A stretch of DNA of 63,601 nucleotides, filler included, from Ministeria vibrans ATCC 50519 (lineage: Eukaryota > Protista > Filasterea): NCBI GenBank assembly GCA_943704425.1. It is 5 parts of 5 records of this genome, joined end to end, with 100 filler letters (N's around TTAATTAATTAA, not from the genome) between each part and the next. Parts side by side here need not be neighbours in the genome. Positions count along the whole stretch, not along the records: positions 1 to 20,181 come from CALSCP010000783.1; 4 more parts are not named here. One strand, given 5' to 3'. Made by a program: the position numbers and the translations under genes. Positions 1 to 15,607 of the stretch are shown here, one piece after another. Each line of letters starts with the position of its first letter. Position 1 is the first letter of the stretch. Below the pieces are notes generated by a model. It was given only the letters and a program-made list of their open reading frames with translations, had not been told where the DNA came from and ran no database searches.

Positions 1-87
<87 letters not shown>

Positions 88-215
88 TCAAATTCTCTCT
101 CTCTCAAACTCTCTCAAACTCACTCAAACTCATTCTCTCAAACTCTCTCTCTCAAACTCTCTCTCTCAAACTCCCACACACACACACGTCGTTTCATTCT
201 CTCCCTCTCTCTCAC
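1..215. repeat. (CT)n microsatellite with CTCTCAAA variants, intronic in the GH31 gene
   Basis: Directly visible dinucleotide run. Confidence 0.95.
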
Positions 216-287
216 ACACTTTTGTTTCTTTCCCTTCCCTCTCACACGCACTCTCTTTTTCTTTCTTTCTGCAGCAGTTAGTGTATA

Positions 288-523
288 CCTCCACCACCGC
301 CGTTCTCCATCAACGGCGAGAAGGCGCCCACCTGCGTCCACCGCACAAATACGTCGACGTCGCGCAAGCCGGAGCCGCGGTACCCACCAATGTCACTGCC
401 AAAGTTTGCGTAGTTGGCCCATGCCGACTGCAGATAGCACTTGAGAGCAAACCGCAGGCCTTTGAAGGTCGGATCGTCGTCGCCAACCCATCCCGATAGC
501 ATCACTCGCTGAGGACTGTTCAT

Positions 524-582
<59 letters not shown>

Positions 583-1597
583 CTTAGTACGTCGTTTTCT
601 CAGCATTGCTCTCACCTGAACTTGAGATAGACGCCATTTCCACCGTCAACAGGGCGCGACATAATGAGCCGATCGTCGCCCAAGCGCTTCCGCGAATAAT
701 CGAAGAAGTCGCCGTAGTACGCATCGGCGTATTCACGGTAGGTGATCTTGCCAGTATGCGCGCGGCTCGATCAGCTCCATTATGTATGGGTCGGTTCCGT
801 CGCATTTCCAGCCGTCCGCCTGCAGGTCGAGCACATTGTCCATTTGCTTGTGCCACCATTCTACTGCTGCCGGATTGGTGTAGTCGAGCATGGCACCTAC
901 GTCGAGGAGGTCGTCGAAGCGGTGTGACGCGAGACAGGCTGGATCGCTTGTCGAGCATTGTACCTTTTCCGTGCCACCATTTGACCTTTGCTTGCTTTCC
1001 CACCATATCCATGATGTAATAATGGTTGTCCCAGCCCTCCTGGAAGTTGCTCGAGTCTTCGTCAATCATGTTGGTGATCCAAAATATCACACGAATGCCT
1101 TTGGCATGAAACTCGTCAATCTACAACCCAAAACGACATGATAAGAGACGCATCACGCGCGGCGGAGTCTTTCTCACCATTGCCGAAGCATTCGGGTACT
1201 TGACGGTGTTGAAGATGAAGTTGTTGAAGCCCGTCTCCCACGTCGAGTCAATGTCGACGGCGCCAACCTGCGAGACAGCGCCAAGCGGGAGGGGGAGAGA
1301 AGGGGGCGGGGGTTAGAGCATTCTCAAAGGCATATGGTGGGGCCATGCACGCAGCCAGCCACGACGCCTTTGTGCCGTTTGGCGCGGTCAACGTACTTTG
1401 ATGTCGCGGTCCACAAAGTCTTGCGCAAACTGCAGCATATCTGCCTGTCCTGTGCCTCCGTGCGACAGCCACACCCAATGGTGGTGTGCCCATTCGGCAT
1501 AGGGGGCATCGGGGAGGTTTGCATTGGCAAGCACAAGGCCGGTGGGCGTACTGGTGACGCTAGAGGCGAAGAGGAGCAACAGTGCAACACACAACAT
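288..1597 (-). CDS. Secreted glycoside hydrolase family 31 (alpha-glucosidase/xylosidase-like); multi-exon, 3' end runs off the window; apparent frameshift near 752
   Basis: Signal peptide MLCVALLLLFASS; AVDIDSTW, WWHGKG, LDYTNPAAVEWW, GWKCDGTD (nucleophile), WVGDD (acid/base), GSDIGGY and FVRWTQVGAFSPLMENGG motifs joined by GT-AG introns. Confidence 0.88.
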
Positions 1598-1922
1598 AAT
1601 AATTAATAATAATAACTTAATAAACTTTAAACTTTTTAACTTCGTTATTATCTATTACTATGGGCTTCTTTCGGGACATTCTCGTCTTGAAATCTACAGC
1701 GGAAGCATTGTGCTGCCCTTTGTTTTGTATATAGTTTTGTTTTGACATTGAGTACAACTTTCGATTCTCTATTATTTTCTTTTTCTTTTTATAATAATAA
1801 TTATTACTATTATTATTTTTGTGATCCTAGAATCTCTCAGAATGCTTACGTCTTTTTACTTCATTTATTCTTATAATTATTATTGTAGATAATTTAGTAT
1901 ACCTGGTCTGATCAGTGAGTGC

Positions 1923-6469
<4,547 letters not shown>

Positions 6470-6686
6470 GGAGGCGAGCGTGAATATTTGTGACTTGTGA
6501 GTGCATAACAGATTGCAGATTGCAGATTACAGATCGAAGGATCACCACAATTTAATTTTACAATCATAGTACGCCAACAAGGCGATTACGCTACACAGTC
6601 AAGTTTCGGCCACAATTGGTTGAGTTGCGATCAAGAGTTTGCCCCGCCTTGGACAGCTCTCCCCCCAATAAAACCCGAAGCAAAGC

Positions 6687-7336
6687 ATGATCAGCTCGAG
6701 TGCGATTGTACTTCTCGCCGAAATCGCCGGGAATGGTGCGGAAATGAACGGCCGTTCTGTCCGTGTCACCGGGAAGTAAGTCGTGTACTGTACAGCTTGC
6801 GTGTGCGTCTCGCTTTTTATTATCTTTGCCATCTTTTGTGGTTTTGTGTGTGGTGCAGAACAGTCAAGTTTGATCCTGTCACTGCAACTGTCATCATTTC
6901 GGACGAAGGGGTCGCGCTCAAGGTGTCCACTGAGCTTCTGGATCCAACTCAGTACCGCCCCAACCACATGGTGCAGTTCATTGGCGAAATCCGTCTCGAA
7001 GCAGATGAGGTACAACACAACACACACTAGCACTCACAACTCACCGTGTGTGTTCACCAATGCACCCTGCGCGTGTGATTACTTCTCTTGTCTTTCTTGT
7101 ATTCAGTCTCCTGTTTTATATGCTCGCATTGGGAGGTCTGTGGAAGGGATGGACATGAAACTGGTAAGAAAAACGCTTTTGATCAACATTTGTTTCTCAC
7201 CTCTCTCTTATCCTTCTCCTTCCTTTCTCTCTTTCTTCTCTCTTCCTTCTCTCTCTCTCTCTCCCTCTTTGGATAGTACAAAGAGGCACTGTTGGTCCGA
7301 CGTCAATTTCTCGAGCATAACCCGATTGAGAGTTGA
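6687..7336 (+). CDS. TEN1: CST complex subunit TEN1 (OB-fold telomere protein), 4 exons
   Basis: Spliced product MISSSAIVLLAEI...SVRVTG...LKVSTELL...MVQFIGEI...VLYARIGRSVEGMDMKLYKEALLVRRQFL* resembles the plant/animal TEN1 pattern (QFIGE, AR.GR.V.G.D..LY). Confidence 0.82.
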
Positions 7337-7460
7337 ACCACACACCCTCTGCCTCTCTTTATCACTTTCTTTCTTTCTCTCTCTCCTCCTGCCCCCTCTC
7401 TCTCTCCTTTCCTAAGTCTCTCTCTATCACTTTGTTTCTTTCTTCTTCTTCCTCCTCCTC

Positions 7461-7506
<46 letters not shown>

Positions 7507-7628
7507 GTATCACATCACTTTGTTTCTTTCTTCTCTTTTTTATCTCTCTGTCTCTGTTTCTCTCGTGCACTCCTTATTGTTTTAGTGGGAGTACTGTAAA
7601 ACTATTGTACTCTTAGCTCTTCTTTTTG

Positions 7629-7797
7629 TTAATCCTCTCTCACTCGCACATCCCCAAACAAATACACCACGCATCGGCAAATGTCCACCAATCTCGGCGT
7701 CGTAAACAACATTGCCACCGCCACCGGCCAGCGACGTACACGCCGCGTGTGCTGCCGAACTCGCACGGCCAATGAGCTGCGCTCCCCGGTAGGGTGT
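7629..7797 (-). pseudogene. Diverged duplicate of the last ~170 bp of the GH59 gene (8543-8718), with a 7-nt deletion
   Basis: Direct alignment of the two copies, ttaatcctctctcactcgcaca...cggtagggtgt, with scattered substitutions; gtcctcagcgcacc has become gtccacc. Confidence 0.9.
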
Positions 7798-7854
7798 TGA
7801 GCACCGCCTGCCGCCGCCGCCGCCCCAGCGCCCCTCCCGCCACCACTCGAGACC

Positions 7855-8033
7855 CCAGGCACTTTCTTCTGCACTCTACATGCCCACTAGTACAAGCACA
7901 ACGACACCCCTCACTCGCCACCGCCGGCACGACCCTTGCCAAGGTGCTACACCCACCAAACGACAACAACTACGACGCCCTCAAACAGCTGGGTGCGTAC
8001 GTGAATGGCCGTGCGGCTTTGTCGTCATGTTGA
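7855..8033 (+). mobile_element. Possible degenerate Ty1/Copia pol fragment (RT C-terminal connection region)
   Basis: QALSSALYMPTST /frameshift/ HPSLATAGTTLAKVLHPPNDNNYDALKQLGAYVNG resembles the Copia consensus SLxGSLLYLxxxTRPDIAxAVxxLxRxxxxPxxxHxxALKRxLRYLxG. Confidence 0.4.
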
Positions 8034-8181
8034 TGAGGGAGAAATAAGCTTTTTTTTGTAATTTTGTAATTTTATATTTCAGACCTACTCTTCTACGTCC
8101 CCATATACCTCGCGGGGAGGTCTGGCTGAAGTCTGGCTTTGGTGACTGTACTATTTGAAACATCGATTGATTTGTTAATTT

Positions 8182-8490
8182 TTAGTTGTTACTGAAGTAC
8201 AGTGGTAGGGGGACTGTGGGAGTGGGTCCGCCCGTAAAGAGCCAGCGAATCCGATTAAAAAGTTTCGAGAGCCCGCTCATCTGGCGGTACTTGTCGTCGA
8301 GTTGGATGAGCACCAGTTTCATGAACCACCATTCGGGTTCCTCGACACCAGGAGGCTTATTCCTTATCAAAAACGATCCAGTCACGTCGTTGATGAGAGC
8401 ATCACGCGCAAAGACGCAAGCACCCAGGTCGAAGTGAGTTTGGTTGTACTGGAGCGATATGTATCCAAACTCGATTATTGCAAAGTTGTG
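8182..8490 (-). pseudogene. Orphan ~100-codon open frame with no 5' ATG or clear acceptor; weak glycosyltransferase-like C-terminal fragment
   Basis: HFDLGACVFARD...EPEWWFMKLV reads as protein-like; bounded upstream by a stop. Confidence 0.25.
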
Positions 8491-8553
8491 TTATGAAGAG
8501 AGAAACCTCAGAAAAGAATCTCAGGCAACTCTCTTCTTTTCATTAATCCTCTC

Positions 8554-11494
8554 TCACTCGCACACCCCTAAACAAATAGACCACGTATCGGCAAATGTCC
8601 TCAGCGCACCAATCTCGGCGTCGTAAACAACATTGCCACCGCCACCGGCCAGCGACGTGCACGCCGCGTGTGCTGCCGAACTCGCAGGGTCAATGAGCTG
8701 CGCTCCTCGGTAGGGTGTCACGGTGCCCCGGTCGGCGGAGCGGTTGTTGGGGAGACACACAGTGCGATTGGTCGCCATGTGGTGCAGCGACAACGTGTTG
8801 TGTACGTAGCGAAAAAGTTGCGCGTCCCGCATTTCCGCCGAGGAGCACGGCTCAAGAGTCAGGTGAACCGTCGTATTAACCGTTTTTGGGCTTGTGTTGC
8901 TCGCCGTAAAGCACAGTGTGGGCTCCACCAACGAGACAACGTTAACGAGTTCTGGCAACCGGAGCGCAGTGGCGTGGGGGCCAGACTCTGGTGCCGCCAC
9001 CAACTTCCAGGCGAGCCCCGCCACATCAAGACCGCAGGGTACACCCACAACGCGCATGCTACGCTCCACCATTGGCCGACACAACGACACTCGCTCCGTG
9101 TCTGGCAACGCGGCAATCTTCACATTGTCAAAGCGCACCTCGGTGCTCCACTTGACACCTCCGCCAACAGCGGCCCACCCGGCACGCGGTACAAAGAAGC
9201 GGGCAGACAAGGGCAGCGAGTAGCGCTGCAAGAGTGTCTCGCCATCTACCGCCACCGTTACGTGCTCCCCGACCACTTGCAACTCTATACTGATCCAGGG
9301 TGCCTCCTGCGATGCCTTGGGCAGCATCACCGTCGATCCTTTGAGCACCCCTGTGGCGTTGCCCATCAGAGACATGCGCGAGTACAGCGACAGAGTCTTT
9401 TCCTGGGGATTCAACACGGCAAACACGCCAAATGGGGTTGAGCAGATGGGCGAACGGTAGTCGCACTCGGCAAAGCCACCGACACGAGCGCCAATCCACG
9501 GCTGGTCGGTACCACAGTCCATGTGCACATCGGCACTGACCGAGTATGAGGCCCAGTCGGCCGCTCCAACAATCGTGTAGGGCACATGGTCGCCCTTGTC
9601 CGTGTACCAGCCAGTGGGACGCGAGGGTGTTTGCTGCTGTAGTGTACCATTCTGGACTGCAAACGTGCCGGACATGTCGCTAAAGTACTTGGCTACGGTG
9701 CCGTCGGGCACACCATCAAATGAAGCAAAAAATGGCAATGGAAAGGCCGCGAGAGCAGGCCCCGGCGGCGTTTCGTGCGCTCCCTTGTGACCAGTAGTGG
9801 TCAACGACGTAATCGTCATGACCGTATTTACACCAATGTGCACTCGAAAATGACCAGCTTCGTCGACATGCACCAGTTCGGGCTGCTTCTCAAATTCGCG
9901 CAAGGGCTCACCCCATGCGTTCATTTCTGTAATCCACACGGCCAGCGAGCGCACATGCAGGCGCAGTTGCGTCGACTCCAATCTGAACGTGGCCGTCTCG
10001 TTGCCACAAAGACACAAGCTGCCGTTGCACATCTGCTGTCCATTGACTGCCGTGCGCAAGTTGTCCTTTTCAATCACAAGCGTAATTTGGTCGTTCGCTG
10101 GCGACACGTACGTGACGACCGAGCCACAGCCGTTGGCAAGGTCACCAGACGCTTGGCCACGCAGAAAACTCCAACCGCGGGGCACCAGCTGGTTGACATG
10201 AGCGCTTGTCCATAGGGGCGATCGCACCCGATAGAATGAGCTCCAGGGATGATACGCGTCCATGAGAGAGTTGTCCCAGAACGGAAGCTGGGGGTAGTAG
10301 GCACACACAGGGTTCCAATAGTTTGATCCTTGAGAGCCGCTGCCGAGGTACTCACGGTTGATCTCGCGCACTCGCAGTAAGCCAGAAGCGCCGTCGGGAA
10401 CGTCGCTGCCGTCCTCCGAGATAAAAACAGGCACTCCTTTGAGGCGCGCGTCAAACGCGGGCAACGTGGAGGGATCAACGACGACGCCGCGTAGCTGACA
10501 GTTGGCTCCAGATGGGGTGCACAGTTGACGATGCGAGCCAAGGGCACCCACCGCCACCAGCACCAACGAGTCTTCCAGCATGGCATCAATAATAGGCGAA
10601 ATGTCAAACGAGTCATGGGCAATGATGCGCGTCGACGTGAAACCTGACTCGTCTAGTCGCTGGCGCAACCGCTTGATATACTCAACTTCTTCCGGCACGT
10701 AATGTTCGTTCCAACACCCAATGTAGTCGATCATGACGCCATGCTCGGTCTTTGCCCCGCGAACCCACTCAAAGATGTAGTCGACAATGCGGTCCGTGTG
10801 CGCAAAGGGGTTGTCGTGGTGTACTCTTCCGCCGATCCAGCCTGGAAATGACTCAGCCAAGCCATACACTTCAATGGATGGATTGCGCTTCTTCGCTTCG
10901 CCGATCAGACGCCACATGTGCCCGCGTTCAAAGTCTTCCTGTCTTGGACTATTCATGAAACTTGGGTTGCTGCCGTCCGTACCCTACATGTACAATAGAC
11001 AGAATACGGAGTACGTCAATACCCCCATGGGTAAATAATAGTAATATTAAATAGAAGAAGAATACAATCTCCATACAACCCATTTATCCATGATACAGTC
11101 ACAGAAGATCAACAACAAAGCACGAGTACAATCGCTATCCAGCGAGGCAATCGCAATGGTACGCCATACCATTTTCTTGTTTGTATTTTCAATTTTCGAA
11201 TGTTTTAGTTTATACCTGACCGCCACCGCCAATTTCGACCTTGATACGCGGAAATGACGCCCCAAAGTTTGGAAGAAACAGATAATCGAGAATTTTGTCG
11301 CGAACTACATCGTCATAGTCCCACAGGAGGCGGGTGGTGCCCGCAGAAGGGTTGACACCAATGCCTAAGAATTCCCGTCCCCGCTCGACCTCGTTCAGAC
11401 CATACGTCGTGTTGCGGGGCGGAAGTATTTGGCAGTAGCCTTGAGTACTCGTCACGAGGACCACAGCAACCACAGCAAACGCATGAAGCAGCAT
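8554..11494 (-). CDS. GALC: Glycoside hydrolase family 59 (galactocerebrosidase-like) with lectin domain and ricin-like C-terminal extension; 2 exons (11494-~11217, ~10984-8554)
   Basis: Signal peptide; ILDYLFLPNFGA, KVEIGG.GQ|GTDG, EAKKRNP, FPGW, GCWNE (acid/base), ISED (nucleophile), SAHVNQ, GSVVTYVSP, YFSDMSGTF. Confidence 0.9.
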
Positions 11495-11760
11495 GAAAGA
11501 AATAGGGGTGGGGCAAGGAATAAAAGAAGTGAATGATGAATCGATATTCGATAATAATAATAAAATGTGTTGTATTCTTCTTCTTCTTCTTAATAACTGT
11601 ATCATTAATAAATAGGTTGTATTCTTCTTCTAATTATTTTTATTGTTATTACGGAGAAAATTTGTCTTAATTTTAATTGTTCTCTCAGTCTCACACTACA
11701 CCTCATCTCTCTCACACACTCTAACTTTTGTAAAGTATACGCTGGCCACTCTATCTCTTC

Positions 11761-14700
11761 TTACGCCTGAGAAGTTATACCGACTACAAAGTCTTGCTTT
11801 TGAGGCTGAACAACCATTTGATACACATCGTGGAGGTGATGAATGACAGGGCAAATGGGCGTATTGGCCGTGCTGCCGGGGGGTAGTAGGTAGATGTGAG
11901 AGAGATCCCGCTTGGGTTTCGTCAATACTTCCTCACGCATCTGCGAAATCTCCGCAGCAGTTTTGGTGTGTTGGATTCCAAACTGGCGATCAATGTCTGC
12001 CTGAGGAATCTTCTTCCCAATTTGTGCCTTGCGCTGAAGCACTTCGGGCCAAGGAGACCAGCGCATCTTCATGACGAATGCATTGGCCAAGTAGGGAGTG
12101 GATGTACGGCCCGTCTCACACACACGGTCAGCGTGTAAATTCAGGTCCTCGAGGGTGCCGTGACGACCCGCGGTGTACTTGACACTTCTCAGGTGAAATG
12201 TGCGAATCAACATTATTGTGCGCTGATCACCAACGTACGAGTACACCGAGCGTTGCACATGTACATCCCGTTGCCAGTCCATTGCCACAGTCTCATCGCC
12301 AACAATGTCCACTTGAATTAAGCGGTACATCTTGTGAGACGGATCCGCCGACTCTAGCGCCGAGCGCAAATGATCGACAATCAGCAACTCTGTGCCCACC
12401 GTCAGAGCCATCTTCCATGCATCCGGAAACTTGGCTTCCTCGTCCATCACCTCCTTGTCCACCTCCAGCGCCGCAAACATTGGATTTCGGGAGTTTCTCA
12501 CCTCCCACGACGCAGGCGCATCACGCGCAAGTATCGCGCGTGTCGCGTCCGTACTATTGTAGTCAAAGATCACTGCGCGATCAAACAATGGTGAATGCAC
12601 TCGAATCCAGTTTGAAATAAGAAGTGCTTCGTTGAAAAAATGGCCAATAAGGACAATCTAAAAGGAAAGGAATAATAATAATAATAAATAGAGATAATAA
12701 TAATAATAGTAATAATAAAACATTGTTACCTGTCTCCGAGTCTCCTCCTTCTTGATTTGATCGGCCACGGACAGCAGCGGCGGCGGTGAGTATGGGTTGT
12801 GGGCAATTTCGCGAAATACTTGCTTTGCCTTGTCCGCTTGATAGAGAGTCGCGCGTGGCCAGGGAACAAGAAGAAGCACGGGGTGCTGAGGTTGGCCTGG
12901 TAGAGCCGTCAAGACATTTTGGCGCACACGGTCCATATCCCGCCATTGAAGAACCACGACCACTACAGGTGCAGCCAAACGCGACAACTTGGAGGCAAGA
13001 GTGAGCGTTGTCACAGTAGCACTATTAGAAATGGGATTTGTGTCGTCGCCGCTACTTTCCTGGAACAGGCGCGTAAGATGCACGTCGGTGGTGCGACCAT
13101 CTTCATGAGTCTGGAGAGCACGCGCCACGGCGAGGTCGTTGTCGCTCGTGCCCACCGCGACCAATTCATACTGTTGGCGCTGCAAATTGCCCAGCTGTTG
13201 CAGCATCCAATGGCGCGTTGCGTTCGCTCGACCCGCGTACGCCCGGTAGAACCAGTCTTGATCAAGTCCCATCGCCACTTCCGTGACAATTTCAGTCTCC
13301 ACCACGTTTGCCTCCTTCCCGCTTCGCTCTGGCGTGGCAATGGCCAGCGTCACAAAGATGTAACTCTCGTCCAGTCCAATTGACACTGACGGACGCTCCA
13401 TTGCAATAATACTCAAACCCGCCTCATGTGCCAGTGAGCGCAGTGAGTGCACGGAGAAGAGCGACGTACGGTGCTCATGCACGAGATCAAACTGCAATTA
13501 GTAAAAGAACTATGGGTTATGATTATTTCTGTCATTGTTTTGCTACTCTTCACCTGCCCCTGATCAAACATAGTCGCCGATGTGGTGACCAACAGATGAA
13601 GAAGCGACGTGGAACTCATGAGGACGGTGCGAACCTCATTCAGGAATTCAACTGGCGTTCGTGTGCGTGACACCGTGTCCCACATGACAATGGATGAAGC
13701 GTCACGGGCCGCTTTTGGTGTTTGTGACACGTCTGACCAGTCAGCCTTTTGCACCACAAGACCTTTGCCTTTGGCAAGCAAAACAGCAGCGTCGTCCGCT
13801 TCTGTGCCAGATGCTGCTATGCCCTTGGCGTTGAGCAGACGCAACAATTCGCCCTCATGACACTCAAACTCGAACACCGCACGTGCCTGTACGTCGCTGT
13901 GACTTCCTTCGACAGCGGTCGCCACCTTGTCCGCCACCCATGACAGCACGCTGGGTTGTGTCGTGGCGCGCGCGCGTGCAGGTGGCAATCCACCAGAGTT
14001 TAACGACACGTCAATTTCTACATGATGACAGCCGCGACAGCGAACGAGGGTTTGTCGAGCGCTCCGCGTCGGCAACTCCATAATGCGCAGTGTGTTGGAC
14101 GTTTCCTTTTCGCCACACACTCGGCAGAGAGGCTGGTCACTGGCGGGCGCGCGGTTGTAGTCGTCACGTCCCAGCACGAGCGTGCGCATGTGCAGCACCA
14201 AGTCGTGGCTCACGCGCGCCGCTGTGCCCTGAAACGAGCCAAAGGACGGATAGTCTTGCAGAAATTTGTTGGTGCTCATCTGCACACCTGGTCTGTCGGG
14301 TCCAGGTGAATGAGATAGACGCTCGATGTAAGCACCCGTACGCGCGCCAACTTCATTGGCAGTGCGCGCCACAGTCGCATGGTACGATGCCAAATGATAC
14401 AGTTCGTACCGAGACGAGCTGGTGGGCGCTGCTGAGCCCATAACAATAGCCTCGAGTGCACGCACAGCATCGTCGAGCCAGAGGACGGGGCGCAAAGTTT
14501 CCGTGTGCGAGACGAATATTCGGTCGTTGAGCAACGCACTCACAGTGAGCTCCATCTCCAATGTGTCCACACGTTGACTGCGTGACACTCCTGCAATTTC
14601 GCCAAAACGAATGCCAACAAGCCGGGGGGTGGTCGAGGGTGAAGCCTCTACAAGGCTCTTGAGCGCGCGCTCACGGTGAAGAAATGACAGCGCCCGTTGA

Positions 14701-15409
14701 TCAGCGAGCGCCTCATCACCGATTTCGGAGTCCTCGCCGTGTGCCATGTCTGTACCGGCCGCCGGGAGAACGGTGTATGACGAGGCAAACACGAGAGTCT
14801 GCTGCGAGTCCATCCGTGTGGCGAGGACAACGACGTCATCTTCATTGTGCTCGGCTGACGGTGCCCTCGCGTTCCGCGGTGTGTTGGTCGGTGGATCTCC
14901 AAGGTACACGACAACGTCAAAGGCGGCCATGTCTTCCTTTGAAATGTCTTTTGCCGCTTGGACGTGCACGTGAGAATGGTTTGCTGCTGGGGGTAGTTGG
15001 CGGTGGACTCGATCAAAGCCAATGATCGCAAGGGGAGACGAATCAGACGATGACAAACGCGCCATCAATGTGTCATGAAACCGAGCCCCAACAAACCCAT
15101 TCACCCCGATTATCGCAACAAGACGTTTGTTTTTAGGATTAGGGTCTGTGAGTTTTGTCAAACTTGCGTTTTCGTGAAACGACGACGACGGCGATAAGGG
15201 GCGTTTCGAACTCGTTGGTGCAGGGCTCAAGGGTTTAGTTGTGAGACTAAATCCATGCTGTTGTACTGGGTAGCGGTGGAACGCAGGGACGCCGATGAGG
15301 AGAGCGAGCGTCGTCAAAGAGAAAATCAGTAAGGTCCTTCGCAAATCTACTGTAAAATACGAGAAGTGACGGATAAGTGGCCTTCGTATTTCACGCCGCG
15401 CATACTCAT
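11761..15409 (-). CDS. Type II membrane fusion protein, paralog A: degenerate NAD-dependent epimerase + degenerate NDP-sugar C-methyltransferase + apparently intact GT2-like glycosyltransferase. Exons 15409-15406, 15349-13554, 13491-12730, 12657-11761
   Basis: ATG A|gtatgc..tacag|TA GAT gives MIDLRRTLLIFSLTTLALLIGV (TM); GVNGFVG, RFGEIAGVS, CRVC..CRGC, HEH; GT motifs FFNEALL..WIRVH..LFD...DYNSTD, VDKEVMDEE, WKMALT..TELL, YTAGRH. Confidence 0.8.
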
Positions 15410-15607
15410 GTCGAAGAGGATGCTTCAATCCAACTACCCTGTGGAGCGCACCCTTGGAAAAGAACGGTAGCGGCTTGTGAGTGTGAGTGGCTTATCGATT
15501 TTTAAAATAATTGGTCATTTATTGTTCTCTCTTTCCCCCAAGGGACGAGACAGAACAAAATATACCTTGTATCGTGTAGGACGATTGCCTTCGAGCTTGT
15601 CAGCTGG
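15410..15607. promoter_or_regulatory. Putative bidirectional promoter between the two sugar-enzyme paralogs
   Basis: Predicted start codons point away from each other, about 200 bp apart. Confidence 0.6.

Noticed and set aside
6687-7336. RPA3 as an alternative call for the small OB-fold gene
   Set aside because: QFIGE and ARIGRSVEGMD..LY fit TEN1 better.
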